64,000 bases of DNA from Phoronis australis (GCA_002633005.1 NMRA01000185.1:217921-281920), one strand, 5' to 3'. Counted from the first letter of the stretch, positions 50,925-62,520 are shown. Notes: generated by a model from the letters alone, not told the origin. Translations and numbers: made by a program.

Positions 50925-52636
50925 AGGAGAATGCCACCCAAAAAACAACTTATTTTGTATCAATTTAGATAGAGTAGTTTTACTCGACAACGGCATGTTC
51001 AGTTACGTTACCTGACACCTGACGGCAAACGGAGGAGTTGAAATTATCCAATGACGTAATTGGTTTCACACGCAGTCTGTTCAGCAGTTCACAACACAGG
51101 TTCCTGGAGTCAGTTTATCACTTGAATTCATCGTTTAACACCAATAAATCATCAAACTTCGACGTAAAACCCTTATAAAAACGTGTTGTTTTATTTCCCT
51201 GTTACGGATTTACTGGTATTTGGACACACCGTAGCCTACAAAGTTCGGAAGGCCAATTTACCAAGGTCCATAGCACTGAGGAGTTTGGGGTCTGTTTGGA
51301 GATAAATTCGAAATATTCTTCCGTGAAATACAGACAGGAGAACCTACATCTGTGTTGTTATACTTGTGATTTTTTGAGTTCTATACACACAAAACGCTTG
51401 TTATCTCGGCTAGTGGCTCTGAACCCGATCAGGCCCATCGCGGCCGGACTGACTCGTTATCCCGGCCCGAGTGGCTCGGAACCCTATGAGGCCCGTTGCG
51501 GCCGCCGGGACTGGCATGAACATAAACCAGCTTGAGTTGGAAACTAAACCTTCAGTCACAAAAAGACTATAATAGTGAGCCAAAAAAATAATGTGCACAT
51601 AATTATTTTTGTTAATTAGCCACGAAATTGAAAATCAACTTACTTGTCGGAGGCCGCGATGTCCGGTTTCCCTTCCACAGACCGTAAGGGCAAAGGATGT
51701 ACAGTAACAATGATTTGAATAACGTATTGTATTTGTAAATAAAGATTCCCGTAACATGTGACCATAGCATATAAAATCGAGTAATTGTTTCACAACAGCA
51801 TTCTGTCAGCAAACACTGAATTAGTATACGCTCACATGGCCTCGGTGCCCGGTCAATTACCTTTGTTGCCGGCATCAAAAGCCGGTAACACGGTGGTTTA
51901 TTCATTGCTGGCTTCTTAAAACATTTGCACTCACGAGCACTCCAAGGCATTAGACATTGTATCTCATGACACAGACTTTGCTTCAGTTTCATATAAGCAT
52001 TGGTTAGGATGAGAATAAATCATTTTGAAACAGAACGCAGAATAATAAACATCTATTAATAAACGGCAACTCGCCCCGCGTCAATCCCGACTTATTCAAG
52101 AGCTCAGGCGACGAAGACTTCACGGGTCAGAACGTTAGGTTTCACAGGCTATCAGTTCGAACCGAAATACACTCATCAAGAAATACTACAGAGGCGCTGT
52201 GAACATGCACATGCAAGAAAACGTATGGATAGTTCTTTGGGAAGTTGGAATTCGTCAGAGAAATCACTGTCGACGAAATGCCGGCCTCAGACACGGAGAT
52301 GTTTCACGGCCTCATACTTGCTATTAACAGCCTATCTTTCATTCTTCACTACCACGAGCCACTTTCTAAGCATTTTGGGCTCTTGAGGAAGTCGAAAAAA
52401 CGATATACTAGTCGCTTTCTTCGCAGCTTCATAGTTCGGACAAGCGGGACTGATGCACCGCAATACAGTGGCATTCACTCTGCAGACGAATCACTGACGT
52501 CGCTGCATCGTTTCTCACCTTCCTCAAAGGTAAACGCGACACCTCTCAGCAACGTGAGGTCGACTGTATAAGAGGAGATATGGATAGAGACCGATTAAGA
52601 CGGTAAAAGACTAACTAAATCGGGTGGCATTCTCCT
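50925..52636. mobile_element. Kolobok-type DNA transposon, internally deleted/decayed
   Basis: Perfect 15-bp TIR AGGAGAATGCCACCC / GGGTGGCATTCTCCT flanked by TTAA on both sides; RR termini plus TTAA TSD are Kolobok hallmarks. Confidence 0.88.
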
Positions 52637-52963
52637 TTAAACTCTTTAGTGGTGGTGATTGTCAACAACCACCGTGGTTGCCCACCCACCTCACGCCGTC
52701 GCCCCCAGTAGATCAATGTCAAGTATAGTCCTTGTTAATGTCTTTGACCACCACCTTTTGAAGCCCAGTCGGATTTCAATGCAAACCTTTATTTCCTGCA
52801 CCAGACCTTAAGCAGTATACGAGTAATGGGATGTCAAGCATTGGCGTTTTTTTTTTTTTTAATGCTATTCATATGTACTGGTACTTGAGTGTCTGTGTAC
52901 AGTAATTGTCCCATATTTTCATTGCCAGCTCAACAGTTACACATCAGGGTTGATAGATCTTAC

Positions 52964-53055
52964 CTTTTAGGCGAGATGAACGGTAAGAGAAGCAGTACAA
53001 TAAGAAAGACTTCTGAATAAAGAAATGTGGCCACAAATGTCCACTGAAGACTCAT
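52964..53055 (-). CDS. BCAP31: BCAP31-family first coding exon
   Basis: MSLQWTFVATFLYSEVFLIVLLLLPFISPK(R), close to the vertebrate BAP31 N-terminus; acceptor at 53071, donor AG|gtaag. Confidence 0.96.
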
Positions 53056-53207
53056 CCTGCTGTCGAAACCCTGAAACACAAGACAAACAATGGTTAAACT
53101 AATACTCCATCTGTGAACACTTTTACAACACTGGTTTAAATTCACGGGAATGCATGGATCTAGGTTGCATTAATTGCTTGAACATAAGAATGAACGCTTC
53201 TTTGTTA

Positions 53208-53437
53208 CTAGTTTGAACTGAACGGACCGTGAACAACTTCATGTTGGTACTTTAAGCTCAACTAGGGGTCTGTGAATGATTCTATGTGGCTAGTTTGAAC
53301 TGATAGTAGTCTGTGAACAGGTCTATATTGCTAGTTTGAGTTCGACTAGAGGTCTGTGAATGACTCTGTATGGCTAATGTGTAGCCTACTGAAACTAATG
53401 GTCTGTGAACAGTGCTACATTACTGAACTCAAACTAG
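53208..53437. repeat. Degenerate ~41-bp minisatellite with alternating variants
   Basis: CTAGTTTGAACT..GGTCTGTGAA motifs recur 5-6 times. Confidence 0.65.
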
Positions 53438-53830
53438 TGTGCCCGTTATCACAGGACCCAAGGAACTACTGCGTGAGACAGAACATGGCCACAATTCACA
53501 AATGTTCACTCCTCTCAATCGTGTGGAGCGGGGTGAGGGGAAGGCCTGGCATCAGATTGCGATATCGCTGGTGTGGTGTCCTGCAACTTCCCATCAGCAT
53601 TTCATGGTTACATACTGGAATTCACCATGCATGCTGCCAGGTTGGACATACTTTTTTCGGGCGACCATCCACCTTTCAAGTCTTGAGTGTGCCTATCCGG
53701 GTCATACATCACTGTTGTTGGTGCCATTGTAGAAAAGAAAACACTAGTACCACTGAGACTTGAAACCAGGTTCTCTGGCTTCTAAGCCGCTCACCCAAGA
53801 CGGTTAACTAACAATGGTGCCCATACTCAC

Positions 53831-54708
53831 CAACAATTCAAATAAGCTGAGCATCAGTCAGATAACTAAGAGCAAACAGAACTTTCAAACTTGTGCCTCA
53901 AGCAGAATAACTGACGTAATTCAGAAAATATCACTGTCAGTAGTGCACTGTGATTTGTCAGCAGTCAGCCAATGCGTCCAACTCCAATGTGTCCTGGTCA
54001 GTCGTTGAAAAAAAAGTACTCAATGTAAGTAAACTAATGATTGCATGCACACAAGAAGTATTTATATCTTAGTGGCAAAGGTCCGACCGAAGTGCAATGC
54101 TGACGTGTACTATGTGCAATTGTAAACAATACGATGTGAATCACTCGCAAACAGACGTTCATGCAATCTGTAGATCTGCAAATGCAAGACTAATTAAGAG
54201 AGTGTGGCGCAAACGTGCAAACAAAAAAGCGGAATAGTGGACCACGAAATCCTATTCAGGCAAAGACGGGCAATAATTAACAAAACTCTGTTTGGTGCAC
54301 ACACATTCTAGTCATTGATTAGCAGCAAATGCGACACAAAAGACAAAAAATAACTTCACCAACCCGGAAGCTGACGAACAATAACGAAAATTCTCGCGAA
54401 TTACCGTATGCTAGAATTTAGTCTATAGTGCTCGAAAATGTCGTTTATTTAATCGGTTAAAATACTTGTATCAGTAAATAACTTAATTATGGGACAAAAA
54501 TACTTGTATAAGACAATATTTGTGAGTAAAAATGCTCTATAAAATTAGATGGACATTTTCAAAAGTTATATAACGACGTTGTTTGCCTGGTAAGCAAACC
54601 TAGCAACTTGAAAACACCGACTGCCATATTAGTTCATTGAAGGAGAGAAAGAGAGCTGGTGGACGGATAGACTGCTCAACTTCTAAGGCGTTTGGGACAA
54701 AGTTGAAA
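53831..54708. promoter_or_regulatory. Bidirectional promoter region BCAP31 / IQCA1, including a probable non-coding BCAP31 exon 1 (~53831-53913)
   Basis: Minus-strand donor G|gtgagta at 53830 and Inr-like TCAGTT ~53909-53914; CCAAT 53969; CCGGAAG 54364; TCTCGCGA 54392; TGTTTGC and CCTAGCAAC at 54580-54607. Confidence 0.6.
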
Positions 54709-54719
54709 ATGTCCCATAG
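54709..54719 (+). CDS. IQCA1: IQCA1/DRC11 first coding exon (11 nt)
   Basis: aaaATG TCC CAT AG|gtaaat; phase 2 joins the next exon to give MSHSTYQKMW, comparable to vertebrate MSNAMYNKMW. Confidence 0.75.
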
Positions 54720-55403
54720 GTAAATCGATCTTTTAATGTGCCCCATAATATTCGCATGTTTCTGCTCACAAAATGTGTGTGCTGTTCGGACTCGGTGACT
54801 TGTTACAGTAGGCTTGTCAATACACATTTTACTATAGGCCTACCTTGACACGAAGTGACGATCAGTCAGACAGTGCCTGTGGTTTTGGCGTTGCCTTTGC
54901 TTTGTTAGGATTTGTTTACAACACATCGCCACAACCATGGCATTGCTTGCAGTGAGTGCAGATCATGAATTAACGCAGAACATGAGGACAAGATTACACT
55001 GTCACTGTCCTTTGCCGTGGCCCTTGGTCCTTTATTTTTTAGAACCAGGCAATCTGGGAATAACCCATACTCTTCAATCAGTTCAATGGATCATGGATGC
55101 ACAGCCACGGGTTCCTAAGACATAACTTCATTAAGGGCCATAGATAAGGCAAAACGGCTGTGATGCATACTTAACCTTCAAGGTCAGGGACTTCATGGTC
55201 TGTATAAGACGAACTGAGGAGCTGATAGTGGAATTTATCCCTCTGCTTTTATGTTTAAAACTACTGAGTAGTAATTGAATTGCTGCTCACCAAATCTGAG
55301 TTGGAATAAATTGGAGTCAGTTTCGTGCTCTCATTACTTTAGAGAGCGCCAATACGAAAAGTTCCCTATTGATATGTGTGATGATTGACAACAGACTGCC
55401 AGG

Positions 55404-55904
55404 CATGACGATAAATCATCGTTAGAGACCGTCCGGAGTTGGTATTGGTGCAACTCCAGACGGTCTGGGATCAACAAAAAACCACAGTTCAACTGTGAGT
55501 CTACACCGATATGATAAACGAGAGTAGTTCTACTTGCTGCGTCAGCTGCACATAGCAGGTATGACACACAATGTGTGACCAGGCAAAGTGTTTTCAAAAT
55601 AATGTGGATAAATCAGTGGAGCGTGAGACCCCTGAGGTCCCTGTCAAGTCCTCATGACAATTCTATGTTATGAGGAACACCTCATAACGTACAATTGTCA
55701 TGAGAACTTGACAGGGACCTCAGGGGTCTCCCGCTCCACTGGCTTATCTACACTAATTTGAAAAGGCTTTGCCCAATCTGACATTGTGTGTCATAAAAGA
55801 GATAATGATACCTGCAGCTGACACAGCAAGTTGAACAACTCTCGTTTATCACATTGGTGTAGACTCATAGTTGAACCGGTCTCTCACGACGATTTAGCGT
55901 TATG
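55404..55904. mobile_element. Foldback (palindromic) element in IQCA1 intron 1
   Basis: Arms of ~190-220 bp meet at TGAGG-AACA-CCTCA (loop 55676-55679). Confidence 0.9.
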
Positions 55905-56292
55905 TTTAAACAATAGACGAGATTGGCATCTGCATATCTGAAAACCCACTCACAACATTTACTTAACAGCAAACTGGGTATGTGTGTAATGCTTAAAGGC
56001 TAAATATGCATAGTTTGCTCTGGTCTCTACCATGATTCATGAAACTTCTGCCTCACTACATATAGAAAAATATGCTTGCTTGCATCAATTTCAACCAATC
56101 TTTCACATTCATGTTTTAAGTGGCGTGGCAAGCCAAATAAGACATAATTACTTGTAACTGACACACTATCTCGCGTGCACAAGTGCAGAAGCAGAACCAA
56201 CTGACTTTTGGTCTGACACAACACAACAATTGATTACACTATTTTAATTATAGAATGTTGAACGATTTTAATATGAGTCTCCGTTCTTTCAG

Positions 56293-56383
56293 CACTTATC
56301 AAAAGATGTGGGCTGAAGCCCAGTCAGCCATCAGTGACTTGCTTATTCAAGAAATACCCGCAGAACCTCCGAAGCCTGAAAAG
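56293..56383 (+). CDS. IQCA1: IQCA1/DRC11 exon 2
   Basis: ctttcag|C...AAG|gtgag; TYQKMWAEAQSAISDLLIQEIPAEPPKPEK. Confidence 0.9.
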
Positions 56384-56748
56384 GTGAGTGTTCACTTCAT
56401 CAAGTAATAGCATAGTTATGCATACTTGAAAATGTGACGGTTTGAGGTATATGATCATTTGTAAGTCCTGGAAAAATGATGTACATTAATTTTTGTTTTG
56501 TTTTTTGTGTGACACAAATTTGACATTGGTAGTAATTTTTGCTCGATAGCTTTGAATATTTTATATACAGTCATGATTTTAACAAATTATTCCCTTAAGG
56601 AATCTTGCCGTTGCTGTTCATGACTGATAGGACGGGATAGCACACCACTACTGACAGGGCTGTTAATCAAGTCATTTATGAAACCCAAGGTTACAGAACT
56701 TTGGTGGGAACTGCATGCACTGTCAATAAACATAAAGAACTCTTTCAG

Positions 56749-56985
56749 GACCGCCAAGCTGCATTCCAACTGCTGGCTACAATGTATATCAAGTATATAC
56801 AGATCTTCCGTCGTCTCGAGTCGTCGTATGACCAGGTCGTTCAACCGCAGAAGAGACGAGTCCTTCGTCATGTCCTGGATGGAGTCATGGGCCGTATTCT
56901 GGAGCTGAAGAATGAAATGGTCAACTTGGAGTTCTCAGAGTTCCACTACATGGATGACGTGCTGTCGGATCTGAAGCTAACTCCT
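56749..56985 (+). CDS. IQCA1: IQCA1/DRC11 exon 3
   Basis: [37 protein letters not shown]...[16 protein letters not shown]...DLKLTP; conserved IQCA1 N-terminal block; AG/GT bounded, 79 codons. Confidence 0.96.
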
Positions 56986-57644
56986 GTACGTGTCTCGTAA
57001 ATGACGGGGGAGGGGCACAAGAGGCCCCTGACTCGCCCTCTTTTGGTTGAAAATGTAACTGATTACTCAACTCCGGCAGTCGTTCCTTTCATGATGTGTT
57101 TTCTTTTTTTAATTCAACCTACGTAAAATAAAAAGTTGATTATGTTGTTTTACTGAATCTATCTAATATTCATTTAATGTTGTTTTTAAGTTAACTTCAT
57201 TATGTGTCTTATCAGTCTCATAAATGTTTCTGTAATTTTTGGAATCTTTGTTATAAAACGCGGGATTATTTAGGATTTTTTGCTTTTTTGGCTAAAAACA
57301 AAAATCAAATCGGGCCTTTTATTCTCATATACTCAGTCTCGTACTGTTCTTGTTTAGGATTCCATTTCTGTAAGCAACGCTAGGTTGGTGCAATGCTTTC
57401 ATGGGCCATTTTCGAATTTGTAATTTTAGGGATAGCCAACCAAAATAAACTCTGAAGCGTTTTTTTCAGTCGCTGATAGTTTGATGTTCTTGTATGTGAC
57501 GTAAATAGAATCCTATGGTGGAGAAGAATTAATGTGACCAATTTTGTGAGAGTAAAAGGTGTAATTCGTTTTTTTGTTATTTAGCCAGCTAAACAGGAAA
57601 TGCTGATGTTGGTCGTTTGGCAGTATACGTCTGTTTTTATGTAG

Positions 57645-58025
57645 GCTGACATCGAAATACCCATACCCAAGTACTTTATCACTGAGCGGGCAAAGGCACT
57701 AAAGGAGAGAGAGAAGGTCCTCGGTCAAATCTTGACCAGAATTGGGCCGCAGGAGAAGGACGAGAAGGAAGAACAGAAGATGAGTCTTGAGGAAGCCATT
57801 CGTCTGATTCAGATACACGAGAGGGCACGACAGGGCCGATTGAGGGCAAAGTTCATGAGGGAGATTCGCCAGCAGGAAGAGCGCGAGCGTCTGGCAGCGA
57901 CACGTGGCGCCCCTGCAGTCGATCCGGAAGTAGCCGCGGTCAGAGTGCAGAAGCAGTGGAAGGGTTTTGCCCAGCGTCGGCGAACAAAGCGTGAGCGAGA
58001 GGAGGAACTCATGTTTATCGGCATG
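57645..58025 (+). CDS. IQCA1: IQCA1/DRC11 exon 4 (IQ-motif region)
   Basis: ADIEIPIPKYF...LIQIHERARQGRLRAKFM...AAVRVQKQWKGFAQRR...EEELMFIGM; 127 codons, AG/GT bounded. Confidence 0.96.
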
Positions 58026-58348
58026 GTAGGTTTGGTTTACAGTATCAAGTCTATCAATGATGAAAATGGTAAATGGTCATCGTAAGTTGTTGAAGTGATC
58101 AGTTCAAAGGTTGAAAGAAGTTGGCAGTAACTACACCAATATGTCTTCCGCGGAGGTTTCAGACATCTGTCAGACTGTAATAATTTGTAAAGGTGAACTT
58201 ATTTTTGTTACGGAATTGTGAAATTGGTAAGCAAGTCTTAGAGTAATTTTTTCTGCAGTGTTAATTAATCATACCTTGATAGGAATAAACACTTTCTGGC
58301 TTTCAATTTTTAATTTTGCTGCCCGCTGACTTTCACCAATCACTCCAG

Positions 58349-58557
58349 ATTCCTCCGCCTCTACCCTCCAACCCTAAGAACACTCCTCAGGCGCACGCAT
58401 TGAAAATTGAGGGCATGCGACGTACAACACAGGACATGAGGGAACAGGAGTATCAGCAGGCCTTGGTCACCATCAAGGATAAGATCCGTGAGCAAGAGGG
58501 GCCTGACATGAAGGAGACCCTGCAGGAGCAAATTCGTCAGTGGTTTATTGAATGTCG
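58349..58557 (+). CDS. IQCA1: IQCA1/DRC11 exon 5
   Basis: IPPPLPSNPK...EYQQALVTIKDKIREQEGPDMKETLQEQIRQWFIEC(R); ccag / gtaag. Confidence 0.95.
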
Positions 58558-59030
58558 GTAAGAGATTCGCTTGTGATTTATTGAATGTCAGTTGGAGATT
58601 CATTAGTGGTTTGTTGAATTTCTGTGGATTGAATGTCAGGAGGAGATGTGATATTTATCTGGTGAATGCTGAATATACTATTTGTTTATGGTTTACAGAA
58701 TCCTTTTAAGAAATTCAATATTGGTTTTATTTATGTCTGTGAGAGGTTTGCCAATGGTTTGTGAAATGTGAATATTGGAAAGAGTTTTGTTGGTGCCTTG
58801 ATGAATGTCTGTAAGAGATTCGATAGTGATTTATTGAATGTCTTCGTAAATATTTAACAGACATTTAATGAATGTTGGTAAGGCATTTGTGATGAATGCT
58901 TGTTAGAAATTTGTTAGATTTGGTAAAAGGCTATCTTATTGGTCTGTGATTTACTCAATGTTGGTATGAAATTCACTGCCATGGGATTATTTGAATACTT
59001 GACTGAATTTGCGAGGTCATTTCTTGAAAT
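58532..59030 (+). repeat. Decaying 33-bp minisatellite whose first unit spans the exon 5 donor
   Basis: ATTCGTCAGTGGTTTATTGAATGTCGGTAAGAG followed by progressively diverged copies. Confidence 0.75.
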
Positions 59031-59045
59031 TGCTAATCAAAATAA

Positions 59046-59213
<168 letters not shown>

Positions 59214-59466
59214 TAGTCTTCTAGGTGAATCATCTCAACTTTGATTACTTCAGCTGTGGCCAAATGAACTGGAATGCAGAGTTGAAGTGTATAAAATGCA
59301 CATGCTATGCACTGCAGGTCTTTATTTGAACTCTTGTGCACTTGATTTATCCGTGGCAACAGTAACTATGGTGGACGTCGCCTGGCTGCATTTGATGTAA
59401 CTGTTCATTGGCACAGTTGTTTTTTGTAGTTGTAATAAATTATTCTACAATTTTTGCTTCTTTCAG

Positions 59467-59481
59467 GCTGAAAGAAGAGCG
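59467..59481 (+). CDS. IQCA1: Candidate 15-nt IQCA1 microexon (AERRA)
   Basis: tttttgcttctttcag|GCTGAAAGAAGAGCG|gtaact; phase 0-0. Confidence 0.65.
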
Positions 59482-60279
59482 GTAACTGTTTGACATGGGG
59501 TTGTTATTATTTATTATTATAATTTCTTTATGCAGCATTCGACAGTCATCGATGATGGTGTATTGATTACATGTTTCTGATGTCTAAAGCGATGTTTCTC
59601 TCCATCATGAATGTATTTTTCGTAAATTATGAGTATTTTTCCATATTAAACAATATCTGTTTTTATGGTTTATGATATTCCGAATAATAAAGTTTGTGCA
59701 TAAAAACAATTGCTTTAACGATTTGCAGTAAATGGTGTTTTCCAATCAACTAACCAGCTCTTGAGACAGTATTACATAAAAGAAATGCATTTTGTGGTAT
59801 TTTAAAATGTTGCTTTTTGCACCACTTCATACACATTCTCAGTAGCGATTTCAACTCTAAAATGAATTGCATGCATCTGTTTTTACTTAAAACAATTTTA
59901 AAGCTGTAGTTTATAGTGTGTATACAAGTTCAGTGTCTGCGTGTGAAACTTCTATTTTATAGCTTTCGTTGGTTTACAATTTCCCTACATATTGAATGGT
60001 TTTATTTTTCTGTGATTTAATGGCTTCTAATTGACGACAAAACCCCAGTGATAGCTGGTTGTTATTTGCTTGTGACATCGGTTAGCCACACCCATCTCAC
60101 ACTGACTTCCTGTTAACTTCAGCTGCACACTTCCAAGACTCAAGTTTGGGATATCATAAGACAGTGCAATGTCATGAATATCATATCCTTTCATTGATTC
60201 TTACTGCTGTTTCTATGTTTAATCAACTACTTGTAGTAGTTAATCTCTTACTTTCTTTCACTATTTCTCTATCTATAAG

Positions 60280-60348
60280 ACATCATTGACAGCGTTTACC
60301 AGACAGTTTAGTGTGGTAACCACTTTCTCCAGCTCGTCTGACTGGGAG
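60280..60348 (+). CDS. IQCA1: Candidate 69-nt IQCA1 cassette exon (TSLTAFTRQFSVVTTFSSSSDWE)
   Basis: Long polypyrimidine tract, aag acceptor, GAG|gtaact donor, open and phase 0-0. Confidence 0.45.
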
Positions 60349-60987
60349 GTAACTCGTCACTATGACATGTCGGCATGTGTAAACATAGGGTCACACTGCA
60401 ATGATGTCCAAATGTCTGTTTACGTGGATATTGTGTTGCTTGGTTACCTGAAATGTTGCACGTGTTAAAGAATGTTGAATCTTGTTGAAGAAAAGTTAGG
60501 TGCACCAGAAAAACCAGAAATGAGTCGCTTGATTTTAGAGCCATATTATAAATGTGAATACAATCATGGTTAATTCAGCTTGGCGTTTCAGTTACTAGCA
60601 TGCATTTATGTACACTTAAATCTAAAGTGCGACTACCTATAAAGGTGGAGACCTATTATTTTGGATAGAAGGGTAAATAGATCAGTATTCTGATGAGAAA
60701 AAAATTAAATATACATTAAAATTAAATTGTGGCTTTTCACCATGACCAAAAATCTGTTTAATAATCCAGTATGTGCATCTGCTTTGACAGAAAGGAATTA
60801 ATCCCTTTTAATTACTTTTATTCAAACAGATTACATTCTGAATTATGAAGTCCATTGTTGGTTTCTGGTTTTCATCTTTGTATTTTATGCTTACTACACT
60901 TTTGAATGAATGGATCAGTGTTGTTGCATTGTGTATATGCTAACTCGTGTTTCATTTTTTTCTTTTGTGCCAATTCTCAACTGTTAG

Positions 60988-60999
60988 AAAAACTGGAGG
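60988..60999 (+). CDS. IQCA1: Candidate 12-nt IQCA1 microexon (KNWR if phase 0)
   Basis: Branch-like GCTAAC, T-rich tract, TGC, ctgttag|AAAAACTGGAGG|gtaaat. Confidence 0.4.
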
Positions 61000-62033
61000 G
61001 TAAATATCTTGTTTGACAATTTCCTTTTGAGAATCCGTTCAATTACAATTTGTTTTACATGCGTAGATGAGTATTTATTTTACCACATAGATTAGATAGC
61101 TGAGTGATTTAGTTTGAGGCAAGCAATACTTGTTCAACATCTGACATATAGATGTCGCTGTATATCTACAACAACGGCCCAAAAGGAGCTTGTCGTTGCC
61201 CTGGGCAACACCAGCAGTCACTATCATTAATTGTTCAAGTTATGCATCTGGCTTTATTCCAGCCTTGTGTTTGTCAACGAACCTTTCTATGAACGTGTTG
61301 CTTAGAAATCTTCAGATTATCGTATTTACAACTTACTCATAATTGTATTCAACCAAAGATTTCAACACTTCCGTTGCAGAAGTTTAAGAAGAATTCTGTT
61401 TACCAAAAGAGGGTATAATAAATCTGCCAGACATGCATGAATGATTTACACGCTGTTTTATGCATGCTGTTTGGTGTCTTGTCTTGCTGCTTAAGCAACA
61501 ACCTGTAGTTTCAGTGCTGCACGTGGTTATTATTTTCTGTTTTCATTTGCAAGGATTTTCTGTAAAAAGCATGGATATAATTGAATGCTGTTTGAGGTCA
61601 CTGTGAAAGCACAAGGAAAGGGGGATGTAAAGTGTTTTCTTTTGGTTGTTGGCAGATTTTGTTTTTAATTTGCAGGATTTGATAGTTTTCCTTGAAGTGG
61701 AGATGGTGGCTTTTATGATTTTTACATTCAAACGTCGTTAAGTGTTAATGTTTAGAAATTGGAAGTTGTTTTCTAAATCATAACTTTCTCAGGTTGAACC
61801 TTGTTGTGATCTAAGATGACGAGGGGTTTGTTTAACTAAAATTGACTTAAGACTTAGGGTCTTACGCTCCACACAACTATTTCTGAAAAATAGCTAAATC
61901 TCATTTGAGCAAAAGTGGAATTTCTATCAGTTATTCATAGGGTGTGACGTGCTTACAAATACTTGGCTAAACCTTTTTTCAGCGATTGTCTAATGGGAGC
62001 GTAAACCAAATTCTCGTCTTACGTCTTAGGTCA

Positions 62034-62308
62034 CCCCTCACAGACTCAAAAGAGAACAATATTGGATAGACAAGCTCAATACAATAGAACCTCATGGATA
62101 GAACATAAAAACTTCTAAAAATATGTCATTCAATTTTTTACACAAAAATGTATCATATTCATTACACCATATCTTACATGTTAATTGTCAAATAGTGTTT
62201 GATTTTACTTTATTTCTGTTTCTGTTGACAAAGGAAGTTATTACATCCGAAAATTTAAAATTTCAGTTGATCCATTCTTGTTGTTTTATTTACCGATTTA
62301 TATTCTAC
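62034..62308 (+). mobile_element. Penelope-like 3' fragment, second copy of ~110-378
   Basis: Co-linear with the window start; PHRLKREQYWIDKLNTIEPHG then an in-frame TAG. Confidence 0.88.
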
Positions 62309-62520
62309 ATTTCGTGAAACAATAGTATCCTTTGGAGGATCTGGATAGCCTTATTTAGTTTCAGATTTATTTTCTGCGTCACTTTCATGAAATAGACCCA
62401 AGGTGTTTGTTTCTTTGTGCTAACAGTCTCTCTTGATATGTTTGTGCTTTTCTCGTCTGCTCTCTATTTTGCCATTAGAGAAACCTTTCTTGATCGTGTA
62501 CTGTTATTTGTTCATTTCAG

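Noticed and set aside
62479-62520. Upstream alternative acceptor for the K-rich IQCA1 exon
   Set aside because: The in-frame extension contains TGA; at most an unsupported NMD isoform
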